NCBI GenBank assembly: GCA_002389285.1
Contig: DGOF01000029.1
Coordinates: 1-63,426 of the forward strand
Direction of reading: 5' to 3'
Source of the DNA: Patescibacteria group bacterium UBA4473
GTDB taxonomy: Bacteria > Patescibacteriota > Gracilibacteria > UBA4473
DNA: 63,426 nt
Shown: piece after piece, positions 43,056 to 53,641 of the stretch
Position numbering within the stretch: position 1 is the stretch's first letter
Layout of the letters: every line of letters begins with the position of its first letter
Program-made: the position numbers and the translations under genes
Notes under the pieces: model-generated
Told to the model about the DNA's origin: nothing
The model's input: only the letters and a program-made list of their open reading frames with translations
Databases searched by the model: none

Positions 43056-45614
43056 ATGGCAGAACCAAAATCCGGATTGGACGTTTTTGAAGGAAAGTTG
43101 CCTCAGGATCTTCGTGTTTGTTTTGAAGGACAGGAGGATGCACCCCAGTCATTAAGCGCAGCGGTTGCTACAATTTGTGAAGATGGGGGGGCTGAGATGG
43201 TTTCTGATATGATGGGGGTTTCGCAGGATCTTGTTTTGTGGGCTTTGGGAGCAGAAGGCGGACGCGTGCCAGAAAACGGAGAATACGAAGCTTTATTATC
43301 CGTTTTAGACTTAGAGATGGCTACGGTCACGACGACTACCGTGGATCAAGTTGATGCGCAATTAGCGGTAGCCGGGCCTGAAAAGAAAAAAAAGCGTCGA
43401 AAGAAGAGTGCGATTGCGAATCCGGACAAGCGTCCTGAATTTAAAGAATTTGATGTTGATGATCATGCAGAGGAAGCGCGTGATGCAAATACAGAAGATG
43501 ATCTCGCGGCTGATGGAACTTCTGTGAAAGCCATTGCTTCTGGGTTGGAGGTGCATGCAGATGAACTGCCGGATGAAAAAGCGCCTGAGAATGAAGAAGA
43601 GGGGCATGTGTCGATGAAAGATACTCTCGGGACGCTTGAGGAAGCAGAGGTGAGAGATGGTCCTCTTGAGGGGACGGTCCTTTTTCGAGATCCGATAGAT
43701 GGATCGGTTATAGATCTACATAAAGTATTGGCGGAATTACTGAAATATGAAGATGCGGTTGCTTTACTTGCTGAGGAGCATGGCATAACGCAAGATGATT
43801 TAGAACATTGGCAAGAGACACAGGAGTTACCGCCTCTCAGAGCAATAGAGGCCTTGGCCCATTTAGGAGAATCTGATTTTTATCTTTCTTTGGATGTGGG
43901 GGCTCGAAAGGTTCCCGAGCCAGAGATGGTTCAGATGGATCGTTGTTATGTTTTGAAAACGGAAGCCTACGGTGTTATTCCGGTATCGGCGTTAGCAGAT
44001 ATTTGTTTGAGGGGGGATGTGTCTCTGACGGGAAAGAATGGAAGACTGGTTTCTGCACAAACTATTTTAGAGGGTTGTCCGCAGGTGCGTCATTTGACGC
44101 CGAATAGTATGGCTTGTTTTACACAGGGACAGAGGGCCCTTCTGGAGCAGCATGTAGGATCTTTTCTTCAGGTATTGGGCTATGGTCTTTCTGATTTGGT
44201 AGAACAGCAGGCGGATCGATCTTCGGTGGTGGGAAAACAAAATTTATCGCTCTGGGAAGGTCTTTCCAATGGAGTTCGTCTTAAAAATGACGCGTTATTA
44301 GTTCCACGAGGATTGGAGCCTCAACAAGTAACGGATTATATTCTTCGAGGGATGCTTTCTCCGCAAGTGGCGTCTGCCTTCCGTGGAGAGCATGCAAAAG
44401 ATCGTCAGTCTATTCATCAGCTGACTCATATTTTGAATGGCTTATTTCCAGATGATGAGGCGTTAGTCTCGGGCGAAGCGATCGATGCGGTGAAGGAATC
44501 TGTTGGAGCGTATACAAAAGCAGAAAAAGGGATTGTGGCTGATATTTTAAAAAGTATCTTTGGGGTGTCTCTCGCAGAGGATAGTCCGGAGGTGGCTACA
44601 GAAAAAATTGAACATGTAAAATCTCAGTACCGAGTTACGTGGGTACAACTTGGGCGCATGATGAAGATGATTGTTGATGGCCTGAAAGATGGATCTTTGA
44701 AAAAACCACGAGGGTTGGATCTTGAAGCCTTGAAAGAAAGAACCGATGTTTCTTATGGGGGGCACATGCGTCGTTTGCTGCACTTTGTGCAGGGGAAATC
44801 CTCGCAGGTAACCGGTGAAGATGGGGGAGAAGACCGTTTGCCAGCGCGTCCGCATTTACCATCTATTTGGGATCAGATCGGTCAAGAAGATACGCCGCTT
44901 CGAGGTGCTATGGGAACCGGTGACATGCCGTATGCTCCAAAAGTTTTCGAAGGGACGGGTGATACCACTCCTGTAAATGTATTAAAGAGAGATAAGGGGC
45001 AAAAACTTTCGCTCCAAGATGCTTTGGCGGAATTGGTGCGAGTGCATCAGCGAGAGTGTAATGCAAAGGCACAAGATAGATCTTCATCGGTCAAAAGTAC
45101 GGCCCATGAATACGGGGCTCCGGTGAATATTACGTTTGCTCCTGGAATAGGTCTTTCCCGAGATATTCATAAAGCGATTGATTTATCAGAATTTGAAGCG
45201 ATTATGGCGGGAGCAGATCCAGAGTTTCAACCTGATAGTGGGCAGGTTCGTGAGGTAGACGGCGGTTTTCTGATTCGATTGTTTGATAATCGAGATACGA
45301 TGTCTTTGACGTTGCCGGTGAGTCGTTTGTATCTTTTAGCTGACAGCGCTTTGGGGGATGCGGTGTACGGTAAAATTGATGATTGGATGCATAAACTTAC
45401 GAAAGTGAAAAAAATGCTCTCCTATTCAGAGGGAAGATCTGGAAAACGTAAAAAGCAAAGTGTTTCTGTGATGGAAAATACAGGCGGTATTTTGCATGAA
45501 GCGTCACAGTCTTTCAGAACGCGGGTAGCGGAATTTGTGGTGAGTCACACGAAATCCGGAGAGCCTTCTTTTAAACAAGCTCGATGGAAGGAACCGACAT
45601 ATTCGGTTATTTAG
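43056..45614 (+). CDS. Large hypothetical protein
   Basis: 852-aa ORF with acidic N-terminal region; no recognisable family. Confidence 0.7.
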   Translation: MAEPKSGLDVFEGKLPQDLRVCFEGQEDAPQSLSAAVATICEDGGAEMVSDMMGVSQDLVLWALGAEGGRVPENGEYEALLSVLDLEMATVTTTTVDQVDAQLAVAGPEKKKKRRKKSAIANPDKRPEFKEFDVDDHAEEARDANTEDDLAADGTSVKAIASGLEVHADELPDEKAPENEEEGHVSMKDTLGTLEEAEVRDGPLEGTVLFRDPIDGSVIDLHKVLAELLKYEDAVALLAEEHGITQDDLEHWQETQELPPLRAIEALAHLGESDFYLSLDVGARKVPEPEMVQMDRCYVLKTEAYGVIPVSALADICLRGDVSLTGKNGRLVSAQTILEGCPQVRHLTPNSMACFTQGQRALLEQHVGSFLQVLGYGLSDLVEQQADRSSVVGKQNLSLWEGLSNGVRLKNDALLVPRGLEPQQVTDYILRGMLSPQVASAFRGEHAKDRQSIHQLTHILNGLFPDDEALVSGEAIDAVKESVGAYTKAEKGIVADILKSIFGVSLAEDSPEVATEKIEHVKSQYRVTWVQLGRMMKMIVDGLKDGSLKKPRGLDLEALKERTDVSYGGHMRRLLHFVQGKSSQVTGEDGGEDRLPARPHLPSIWDQIGQEDTPLRGAMGTGDMPYAPKVFEGTGDTTPVNVLKRDKGQKLSLQDALAELVRVHQRECNAKAQDRSSSVKSTAHEYGAPVNITFAPGIGLSRDIHKAIDLSEFEAIMAGADPEFQPDSGQVREVDGGFLIRLFDNRDTMSLTLPVSRLYLLADSALGDAVYGKIDDWMHKLTKVKKMLSYSEGRSGKRKKQSVSVMENTGGILHEASQSFRTRVAEFVVSHTKSGEPSFKQARWKEPTYSVI

Positions 45615-45669
45615 TCTTTCTTGGATATCGCCTGATTTACTTATTTCCTTTGTTTCTTACAATGGAAGC

Positions 45670-47148
45670 ATGTCTTTTCCCCCTCAGGAAATAATTGCGG
45701 GCGTGTTGATCGTTTTAGGAATCCGAACGATATTTTGGTGGATTCAACGATGGCAACTGCAAGAGTATCGCGTTGATCGTCTGAAGGCGTGGCTTCACAC
45801 CGGAGATGGGGTGAAGAGTATCTTTAATCTTTGGTTTTATCCGGGGATTTTACCGAGACCTAAGTTTTCGATTCGTGTGGGGTTGATGGTTTTGATTTTT
45901 TTAGTGTGGACGCTTGTGCTCTGGTGGATTGTTCCGGATTGGGATTTTCTTTGGGTGACGGTGCTCTGGGAGCGTACAATCTGGTTGGGGGTTTGGGTGT
46001 CGGTATTGATTTCTCGTATTCCGGTTCAGTGGGTTCAGAAATGTCTGTTCGCCCAGTCAAAGATGATTATTACGGATTCTCCGATCATGCGGGTCGGGAT
46101 TACTGGAAGCTTTGGGAAATCATCGACGAAAGCGATCTTGGTGCATTTATTGTCGATGAAATACGGAATTGATAGTGTATTGAGTTCTTTGAAGAATGAA
46201 AATACAGAAGTGTCGCTGGCCAGACGAGTAGTACACAATAAAGAATTTTTCAAAGTGGGGGGAGTGACCCTGACGAATAATAAGTTTTTTGTGGCGGAGA
46301 TGGGGGCTTATCGTCGTGGGGAATTGGAACAGGTTTGTCAGTTTTTACAGCCACAGATTGGTATTGTGACGGGTATTAATGCACAGCATGTAGAGCTTTT
46401 TGGTTCTTCAGAAAAGCTTTTAGCAGCCAAAGGGGAGCTTCCGAAGGCTTGTACAGAAAAAGTTTTCTATCCAGCGGAAGATCCGGAGCTTAAGCATTGG
46501 TTTAATATTAATTCAATGCAGGCCACGGTTATTCCTATTTCAAGCCTTCCGGTGAAGGTGACGCATATTGATCATCAGAAAACAGAATTTACGTATGGAG
46601 GCCAGGACTTTACGTTGCCTTGGTGTGGGGCCTTTTTTGTTCGCAATGCGCTTTTGGCGCTGGAAACCGCGAAAACACTGGGGGTTTCATTCGAAGAATC
46701 GGCGATTTATCTATCGGTTTTGCCGCCTCTCAAACAAGCTTTGCATACGCATCATCATGCCTCGGGGGCGCTTATTTTTGAAGATTTGTATTCGGCCAAT
46801 CCCGATGGAGTTTTCTCGGCGATTGAGCAGTTGGCTATGGTGACGGGACGTAAGATTTTTGTGGGGATTCCTCTTCGCGAGCTGGGGGATCGTGCTTATG
46901 CTGTGCATCAGCGTATTTTTAAGCGTTTGGACGAAATAGATGCAGAAGTTTTTTGGTTGAAGAGTGATTTTTCTGATCTCGGGAAAGAAATCTGTGGAGA
47001 TCGTTTTTGGGGATCCAATCAAAACGTGTTGAAAAAACTTTTGAATACGCTTGAAAAGAATGATGGTATTTTGCTCGAGTCAAGATTGCCCAAAGAAATT
47101 GTAGCTTTGGTAAAATCACAAACGGTTGAGCCGAAATCTGAAGAATGA
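45670..47148 (+). CDS. MurF-like Mur ligase with N-terminal membrane segment
   Basis: VGITGSFGKSSTK, NENTE, VAEMGAYRRGE, GINAQH, DLYSANPDG. Confidence 0.82.
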   Translation: MSFPPQEIIAGVLIVLGIRTIFWWIQRWQLQEYRVDRLKAWLHTGDGVKSIFNLWFYPGILPRPKFSIRVGLMVLIFLVWTLVLWWIVPDWDFLWVTVLWERTIWLGVWVSVLISRIPVQWVQKCLFAQSKMIITDSPIMRVGITGSFGKSSTKAILVHLLSMKYGIDSVLSSLKNENTEVSLARRVVHNKEFFKVGGVTLTNNKFFVAEMGAYRRGELEQVCQFLQPQIGIVTGINAQHVELFGSSEKLLAAKGELPKACTEKVFYPAEDPELKHWFNINSMQATVIPISSLPVKVTHIDHQKTEFTYGGQDFTLPWCGAFFVRNALLALETAKTLGVSFEESAIYLSVLPPLKQALHTHHHASGALIFEDLYSANPDGVFSAIEQLAMVTGRKIFVGIPLRELGDRAYAVHQRIFKRLDEIDAEVFWLKSDFSDLGKEICGDRFWGSNQNVLKKLLNTLEKNDGILLESRLPKEIVALVKSQTVEPKSEE

Positions 47149-47158
47149 TTTTTGAATA

Positions 47159-48301
47159 ATGTATGTTTCTAAACTCGTATCGAATCAATTATGTCCAGAC
47201 CTCTGTTTTTGGGATGGGGTTCGTGGTTTGGGGGGGTGTTTGGGGCGTCATGATCTAGATTTTTCAGATTCCTTTGGGAGTGATCATTATATTTTGTTAA
47301 ATGTGGCGCGTTCAGGATTCGGTCTTTTGATTGATGCTTGGCAGCTTCCTAAAAATAAAAAAATTGCACTTCCCGCTTTTTGCTGTTGTGTTATGGCGGC
47401 GCCTTTTTTGTCCCGAGGATATGAGATCTGCTGGATTGATACCGATGAAAATGGCTTATTTTCGAACAAAGACTTGAACACAAAAATTGATCAAGTTTCA
47501 CTGGTTTTGGTTCCGCATATTTTTGGACAAGAAGCAGATTTGGAATCTATTTATGTGCTGGCTCAAAAAAACGGTGTTAAAGTTGTGGAAGATGGGGCGC
47601 ATGGATGGAGTGAGGGTTTTGATTTTTGTGATGCGAAATTATTGAGTTTTGGACGTGAAAAATTTGTCAGTTGTGGGTCGGGCGGCGCTTTAATTATGAA
47701 AAGTAAGGAACGGAGTGTGAAAAATATAAAAAAATCTTCTGTTTTTTGGACGCTTCAATATTTGTTCTATCCAGTGATTTGGAGTTTAGCTTTGGCGTGT
47801 TGGGGGTTTGGAGGGAGGGGGATGAGTTATGTGGCGGGTAAATTAAAGCTTTTGCCTCGAGCGGTGACATCGGCTGAAAAAAGGGGACAGGAAGATGTGA
47901 AGCTTGCAAAATTAGCACGAGGCCTACAGACCGTCTTAAAGTATCAGCTGGATCATTTAGATAGTCTGGAATCTCATCGGCATAAGATGGCAGATGCGTG
48001 GGAAGATGTTTTGGGAAAACTTTTTCCTGAAAACGAAATTATTCGACCTTTGAGTAGTTTTCGTGTTATTTTAAAAACCAATCAGGCGTTGGCGCTTCGT
48101 TCTCGCGCGAAAGCCATTGGTTTTGATCTTCGTGAATGGGATGGCGTTCCTATTGCGCCCAAGGGGGTTTCGTTGGAGGCTTTTGGGTATCAACCGGGAT
48201 CTTGTCCGAATGCGGAACACTTTGCGCAGCACTATGTTACTTTTCCTACGAATCGCAGAGTTGCCCGGAAAGATATTGAAAGATTTAAAAAACTATACTA
48301 G
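47159..48301 (+). CDS. DegT/DnrJ/EryC1/StrS-family aminotransferase-like protein
   Basis: LPAFCC, VPHIFG, VVEDGAH, SFGREK, GGAL, CPNAE. Confidence 0.8.
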   Translation: MYVSKLVSNQLCPDLCFWDGVRGLGGCLGRHDLDFSDSFGSDHYILLNVARSGFGLLIDAWQLPKNKKIALPAFCCCVMAAPFLSRGYEICWIDTDENGLFSNKDLNTKIDQVSLVLVPHIFGQEADLESIYVLAQKNGVKVVEDGAHGWSEGFDFCDAKLLSFGREKFVSCGSGGALIMKSKERSVKNIKKSSVFWTLQYLFYPVIWSLALACWGFGGRGMSYVAGKLKLLPRAVTSAEKRGQEDVKLAKLARGLQTVLKYQLDHLDSLESHRHKMADAWEDVLGKLFPENEIIRPLSSFRVILKTNQALALRSRAKAIGFDLREWDGVPIAPKGVSLEAFGYQPGSCPNAEHFAQHYVTFPTNRRVARKDIERFKKLY

Positions 48302-49309
48302 ATGCATTTTGTACTCAAACCGATTAATGAGAAGACCCAAGACGATTTTTATGATGCGTTTGTTGGGGAGAAGACCTATTTACAGGGGGCAAAGTATGGT
48401 TCTGTTCGACAGGCTTTGGGGGAAAAAAATATTCGACGGGGTCTTTTTTTAGGGGACCAGTTGATTGGAATCGCGCAGTTTCAAAAAATATCCGCGCGTC
48501 GAGGTGTGTATTTGCATCTTCCCCATGGGCCACTCATTGAATCGCAGTATTTGGAGCCGGCTTTAAAATTTTTCTTAGAGGCTTATCAATCTTTTGGAAA
48601 ACAGGAAGAATGTGATTTTGTTCGAGTTTCTTCTTTGTTTGATCCCGCGCATCAGTCTGTGTTTTCGGAGGTGGGATATCGATCGGCGCCGGTGCACTTA
48701 GTAAATCCTGAAAAAACATGGGTCTTGAATCTTCAATCAGCCAAAGAGGATCTGTTGGCGCAGATGAAAAAATCAACGCGCTATGAAGTCAAAAGAATCG
48801 AGAAATGTGGCATTGAAGTATCGCAGGGGAATTCGGCGGAGCATTTAGATATTTTTTGGGCGTTGCATCTGGAGACGGTTCGGCGGCAGGGATTTGTTCC
48901 TTTTCCTCGCTCTATGACAGAAAAAGAATTGGATGTTTTTGGAGAAGACGTGCAAATTTTCTCCTCCAGCATTGATCAAAAAAATTACTCAAGTTCAATA
49001 ATTGTGTTCGACAAGAATGCGGGATATTATCATCAGGGAGCGTCTTCTTATTCAAAACTTCCCGTAGCACATGCGACTATTTGGTCGGCGATTTGTGAGG
49101 CAAAATCACGAGGCTGTTTGGAATTTAACTTTTGGGGTGTGTGTGGAGATGATGAAAAAAAGCATCCCTGGTATGGACTTTCTCGTTTTAAAAAAGGTTT
49201 TGGAGGTGAAGAACGTAATTATCTGCATGTACAGGATTTTCCGCTTCGGAAAAAGTATTGGCTTAATTGGTTTATTGAAAAGTGGCGTAAATGGAAGAAG
49301 AAGTTATAA
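48302..49309 (+). CDS. FemABX-family peptidoglycan peptidyltransferase (GNAT)
   Basis: HGPL, LLAQMKKSTRYEVKR, YHQGAS, FNFWG, GLSRFKKGFGG. Confidence 0.88.
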   Translation: MHFVLKPINEKTQDDFYDAFVGEKTYLQGAKYGSVRQALGEKNIRRGLFLGDQLIGIAQFQKISARRGVYLHLPHGPLIESQYLEPALKFFLEAYQSFGKQEECDFVRVSSLFDPAHQSVFSEVGYRSAPVHLVNPEKTWVLNLQSAKEDLLAQMKKSTRYEVKRIEKCGIEVSQGNSAEHLDIFWALHLETVRRQGFVPFPRSMTEKELDVFGEDVQIFSSSIDQKNYSSSIIVFDKNAGYYHQGASSYSKLPVAHATIWSAICEAKSRGCLEFNFWGVCGDDEKKHPWYGLSRFKKGFGGEERNYLHVQDFPLRKKYWLNWFIEKWRKWKKKL

Positions 49310-49334
49310 TGCTTTTGATTTAAAAAAAAATTAC

Positions 49335-49637
49335 ATGGCCAAAGTTGTTATTACCGATCATACCGGCACTCAAGCTGCAGCATTTGATTCTGTGGCGGAT
49401 GAATCTGTCGGATCACAGGCGCAGGATGCAGGAGCACCGATTCCTTTTTCTTGTGGAGTTGGAGCTTGTCGAACCTGTGTTTGTACCGTTAAGAAAGGGA
49501 AAGAATATCTCGATCGGGCGGCTATCGGACCGCAGCATATTGATGTGGAAGAAGATGAAATTTTGTCTTGTATTTGTGGGGTGAAGGCGGATGCCCCGGA
49601 AGGGGTAGAGATTGAACTCCTGGCTGAGAATTTATAG
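49335..49637 (+). CDS. 2Fe-2S ferredoxin
   Basis: IPFSCGVGACRTC...ILSC; start placed at MAKVV. Confidence 0.88.
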   Translation: MAKVVITDHTGTQAAAFDSVADESVGSQAQDAGAPIPFSCGVGACRTCVCTVKKGKEYLDRAAIGPQHIDVEEDEILSCICGVKADAPEGVEIELLAENL

Positions 49638-49715
49638 TTTTGACAGAAACACCTTTTTTAGTAGACTCTCGTAGATTTATTGCTCACTTGTTACTTGATA
49701 ATTGCCCTTTGAAAC

Positions 49716-49925
49716 ATGGCTCGCGCAACAAAAAAACGTCATTTCTTCGCTCTCTACTGTACTGAATGTATGGAAAAAGAGGGGAAGCGTGTAGAAAATT
49801 ATAAAATTCTTCTCAATACGCAGAATACGAATCCAAAAGAATTTACGCTCAATAAGTATTGTCCTCGTATGAGAAAGCATACGTTGCACAAAGCAAAACA
49901 GATTTCACGATCACAGAACAAGTAG
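49716..49925 (+). CDS. rpmG: 50S ribosomal protein L33
   Basis: LYCTEC...NY...LNKYCPRMRKHTLHK; promoter TTGACA-N16-TAGACT upstream. Confidence 0.9.
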   Translation: MARATKKRHFFALYCTECMEKEGKRVENYKILLNTQNTNPKEFTLNKYCPRMRKHTLHKAKQISRSQNK

Positions 49926-50015
49926 TGTGAGAATTGAGGTGAATATCGAGCATGAGAAGGAACAGCGCAGAAAAGGCGCTTGTTCTCTTTTTTGCTTTGT
50001 GCGAGAATGTTTTCG

Positions 50016-51239
50016 ATGAAAAAAATCATTTCGCAAATCGTGAGTCAGATCCAAAAATTACAATCTTTGAAAGATAATTATGAGGCGCGTCAAACTCAGA
50101 AAAAATCAGTTAAAAAACCAGTAAAAAAGGTGGTTACTACTTCCAAATCTTCTCCGCCCCAAGTTGTGACATTAGAGATTTCTTTGTTCACGATTGTGAA
50201 GGTGGTTCTGGTGGTGGCTGCATTTTTGGCGCTCAGTCGTATTTTTATAGAGCTTCAGAGTATTATTATTGTTTCGGTGGTTTGTTTTTTTATGGCGATG
50301 GGATTGTCACCTATTCTCGATGTGATTGAATCCAAGCATGTTCCTCGACCGTTAGCGATTTTGGTATTGTATATTATTTTTCTGGGGGCTGTGGGGATTC
50401 TTTTTGTAAAAGTTATTCCGATTTTAGGAGAACAGCTTTCGGCTATTGCGTCAGACCTTCGTCGGTTTCTTGATGAGGGGGCGTTAGATATTCCTATCTT
50501 GGAGCCCTTTTTGAAGAGTGTTCAGTTTAATAGTGAAGAAGTACAGATGTTTCTTTCGACGAACTTGGTTGCCATTTCTCGAAATCTTCAAAACGTTGCG
50601 GGCTCTACTTTTTCAATTCTTAGTGGTGTGTTTCAGGGTGTTTTTAATTTCATTTTTGCCTTGGTACTGCTTTTCTTTATTCTTATGGAGCGCGAGACGA
50701 TTGGACGATTCTTGTTGGCTCTTTTCCCTCGTGGAGAGAGATCTTATATTCTTGAAAAATCAGAAAGTATTCAGAGAAAGATGTCTGAATGGTTTCGTGG
50801 ACAGGTGGTCCTCATGATTTGTATGGGACTTTTTATGTACATAGGAATGAAAGGGCTTGAATGGACCTTGGGGATGAAGTATGCGGCGACGATTGGTTTG
50901 CTCTCGGCTTTTATGGAACTTTTTCCTTATATTGGTGTTTTGATAACGGGTTTTTTGGCCGGACTTATTGCGTTGAATGTTTCTTGGGTCCTTTTGTTAG
51001 CGGTTTTGATCTGGATGCTTGTCGCGCAGTTTTTGGAAGGAAACTTTTTAGTGCCCTTAATTATGGAACGTGTCGTGGGACTTTCAGCCGTGGTAACTAT
51101 TTTAGCACTCGCGATTGGTGGTATTTTGGGTTATGCCGTTGGAGGGGTTCCTCTTTCTATTTTAGCGATGATTTTTGCGATTCCTGTTGCGGCTTCTGTG
51201 GCGATCTTTGTGGAAGAGTATGCGAAGAAGAGTAAATAA
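50016..51239 (+). CDS. AI-2E family (PerM) transporter
   Basis: Multi-TM; WFRGQ, FPYIG, QFLEGNFLVPLIM, AIPVAA. Confidence 0.88.
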   Translation: MKKIISQIVSQIQKLQSLKDNYEARQTQKKSVKKPVKKVVTTSKSSPPQVVTLEISLFTIVKVVLVVAAFLALSRIFIELQSIIIVSVVCFFMAMGLSPILDVIESKHVPRPLAILVLYIIFLGAVGILFVKVIPILGEQLSAIASDLRRFLDEGALDIPILEPFLKSVQFNSEEVQMFLSTNLVAISRNLQNVAGSTFSILSGVFQGVFNFIFALVLLFFILMERETIGRFLLALFPRGERSYILEKSESIQRKMSEWFRGQVVLMICMGLFMYIGMKGLEWTLGMKYAATIGLLSAFMELFPYIGVLITGFLAGLIALNVSWVLLLAVLIWMLVAQFLEGNFLVPLIMERVVGLSAVVTILALAIGGILGYAVGGVPLSILAMIFAIPVAASVAIFVEEYAKKSK

Positions 51240-52041
51240 GCGCAAAAAATATTTTGTTTTCTAAATCCGGAAAAAATTGGATTTTATAATTTTCAAATAT
51301 TTTTTTGATAGATGATTCCTGTTGGGGGAGGAATTCGAGCCAGAGTTGTTGAAAGGCTATTTTTTTTGACGTCAGTTGGTCTTTGAGACGACGAATGTGG
51401 TTCAGGCCGTCTGATCCAGAAAAGAGCGCTAAGGAGGGCTCCTTGCTTACTTCGGAACTGATGGGGAGCTTTTCGGGAACATATGGAAGGTTGGCAATGA
51501 TTAGATCATAGTGGGATTCCTGGGGACAGGTTTTTAAAAGATCTGAGTATTGAAACTTTATATTTGAAAAATTATAGGTGTTTGCATTTTTTTGGGCGGT
51601 TTTGAGAGCTTTGTGGGAAATATCGAAGGCGGTGATTTTTGATGCCGGAAAATGTTTCGCCATAAAAAGGCTGATACAGCCGGAACCTGTTCCGATATCG
51701 AGAATGGATGTGGGGGAGGGCTGCGTGTCTAGGATGTGATGACAGAGAATTTCGGTTTCATCGCGTGGGATGAGGACGTGTTTGTTTACTTTAAGATCAA
51801 AATCTGACCAGGCTTTGTGGCCGGTGATATATGCAACGGGGATGTGAAAACGGCGTTGCACCAGAACATATAAAAATTTTAGTGTGTTTAAATCATTTAT
51901 TTTATGCGCGGGATTTGTCTTTATAAAAAATCTGTCCCGCTCTAAAGCATAACAAAGTAAAATTTCGGCTTCGAGGGCGGGTTGATCCAGATTCGATAAA
52001 AAACGCCTCGCATACCGGAGGGCTGTTTTTATACGAAGCAT
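51157..52041 (-). CDS. prmC: Peptide chain release factor N5-glutamine methyltransferase
   Basis: PVAYITG, VLIPRDETE, LDIGTGSGCI, ANLPY, EPSLALFSGSDGL. Confidence 0.93.
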   Translation of the reverse strand: MLRIKTALRYARRFLSNLDQPALEAEILLCYALERDRFFIKTNPAHKINDLNTLKFLYVLVQRRFHIPVAYITGHKAWSDFDLKVNKHVLIPRDETEILCHHILDTQPSPTSILDIGTGSGCISLFMAKHFPASKITAFDISHKALKTAQKNANTYNFSNIKFQYSDLLKTCPQESHYDLIIANLPYVPEKLPISSEVSKEPSLALFSGSDGLNHIRRLKDQLTSKKIAFQQLWLEFLPQQESSIKKIFENYKIQFFPDLENKIFFALIYSSSHTLPQRSPQKPQQESQKSSLK

Positions 52042-52046
52042 CTGTT

Positions 52047-52259
52047 TTAGTTGCTCAAGAACTGTTTTCGTTTGTTTTCAGCTCGGTGCTTTTCTCTCAT
52101 AATAGCTGATTCACGAATCGTTCGTTTTCGAGGAGACTGTTTATTGAAACGCAGTGCTCGAAATTTTTGCATTAAACGCAAAGATTTAATATGTCCCGAG
52201 AAACGTTTTAAAAGTTTCTCAGAAGATTCGCCGTCTCTTTTTTGTACTTGTACTGTCAT
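52047..52259 (-). CDS. rpsU: 30S ribosomal protein S21
   Basis: MTVQVQKRDGESSEKLLKRF; short and basic. Confidence 0.82.
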   Translation of the reverse strand: MTVQVQKRDGESSEKLLKRFSGHIKSLRLMQKFRALRFNKQSPRKRTIRESAIMREKHRAENKRKQFLSN

Positions 52260-52303
52260 GGTCGGGAGTAATATTACGAAATGCTCAAGGATTGTCAACT
52301 TTT

Positions 52304-53506
52304 TTATGGGTCAAATCGAATCGGCGTGAGTAATCTATTCTTAACACGGATCGGAGCACTTCGGAAGCCCGTTGATCGATCGATGCTGTCACTTTTGAAG
52401 GTGCTGATCATAGAGGCATCGGCATTAATAATAGAAATAGTTCCGTTACCAGGCTTTGAATAGAAGCTGTCTTCTTTTTCTGGGCGAAGGTAGGTTCGGA
52501 AGCTTTTGGTCGATCCTGAGAGGATGGTTATCTTCATGCCTCCAAAGACAATTTCTCCATTGCGATTCAGGCGCCCTTCGAGGACTTGATTTTCGGTTTC
52601 GAGTTTGAGGTGAAAGTTTGATTCGGGGCCAACACTGCTGTTTTCAAATCGTAGTTCGAGTTCTACCGAATGAAATTCAACGCGGTCATCCGTTGTGTTT
52701 TTTATTTTAGTGAGACCAATGTACTTCCATTCATCAGATCTTGTAATGGTTACGGGCTCTGGTTTGGGTTCGGCAAAAATCGTTAATTCTTTTTTTTCAA
52801 CTTCATAGCCTTGTTGATTGGGGTTGAAGTCGCGAGGCTTGATGGCTGTCCGGCGAGAACTCACTCGTCGGCTGCTAGAGAAGTTATTTGAGGCAGAGGT
52901 TCCCGTGAGGCGTGGTTTTTTCAAAATTTCAGCCATGAGCCAGGCGGCTTCGGCACGGGTGACGGATTCGTCGGGGTGAAAGGTTCGGGATCGTCGTCGA
53001 ATTAACTCATTGGCCTGTAGGTGTCGGACGGGTTTTGCGAACCAGGCTTTTGCGGGGACATCGAGAAAAGAAACTTCTTGTTCTCGCTCGAGTTCAAAGG
53101 CTCGGGATACGAGTGTGGCCCATTCGGCATTATTGAGAATCTTATCTGGTCGAAATGTTCCATTGGGGAAGCCTTTAATCCATCCTTTGTTGGTGCCTTC
53201 GATGACGGCGTTTGCAAACCAGGCTTCGCGAGGAACGTCTTTGAAAGGGGAGCGTCCGACGGTGTTCTTGATGTCGACATTCTTGGTGCGCAGGAGAATC
53301 GTAAGTGCTTCAGCACGGTTGAGTTCTTTGTCTGGACGAAATGTTCCGTCGCCAAACCCCGTCATTATTTTTTGTGTTTGGACTTTATCAATAGCTGGCT
53401 CTGCCCAGGTAGGAATACTTAAAAAATCTGTAAATCGAGCCTGTGTACTCGAGATACTGAAGAGACAAATCAAAACACTGAAGCCTAATTTTTTTGTATG
53501 TTTCAT
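52304..53506 (-). CDS. S-layer homology (SLH) domain protein
   Basis: Three SLH repeats (GFGDGTFRPDKELNRAE; GFPNGTFRPDKILNNAE; FHPDESVTRAE). Confidence 0.9.
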   Translation of the reverse strand: MKHTKKLGFSVLICLFSISSTQARFTDFLSIPTWAEPAIDKVQTQKIMTGFGDGTFRPDKELNRAEALTILLRTKNVDIKNTVGRSPFKDVPREAWFANAVIEGTNKGWIKGFPNGTFRPDKILNNAEWATLVSRAFELEREQEVSFLDVPAKAWFAKPVRHLQANELIRRRSRTFHPDESVTRAEAAWLMAEILKKPRLTGTSASNNFSSSRRVSSRRTAIKPRDFNPNQQGYEVEKKELTIFAEPKPEPVTITRSDEWKYIGLTKIKNTTDDRVEFHSVELELRFENSSVGPESNFHLKLETENQVLEGRLNRNGEIVFGGMKITILSGSTKSFRTYLRPEKEDSFYSKPGNGTISIINADASMISTFKSDSIDRSTGFRSAPIRVKNRLLTPIRFDP

Positions 53507-53641
53507 TTTTAAATAGATAGATCTATTGTACAAAAAATATAACGAAGTACCAAGTGATTCCGGGACAAAAAAAAGTTGAAAGAAATATTTTCTTGCCTAA
53601 AATCATTGACCTTTTCCTTCAAATTTGGTAAAAGAGAACCC

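Noticed and set aside
51157..51239. 83-bp convergent overlap of prmC and the AI-2E gene as a regulatory feature
   Set aside because: Most simply a non-conserved C-terminal run-on of prmC; such overlaps are common in compact genomes.
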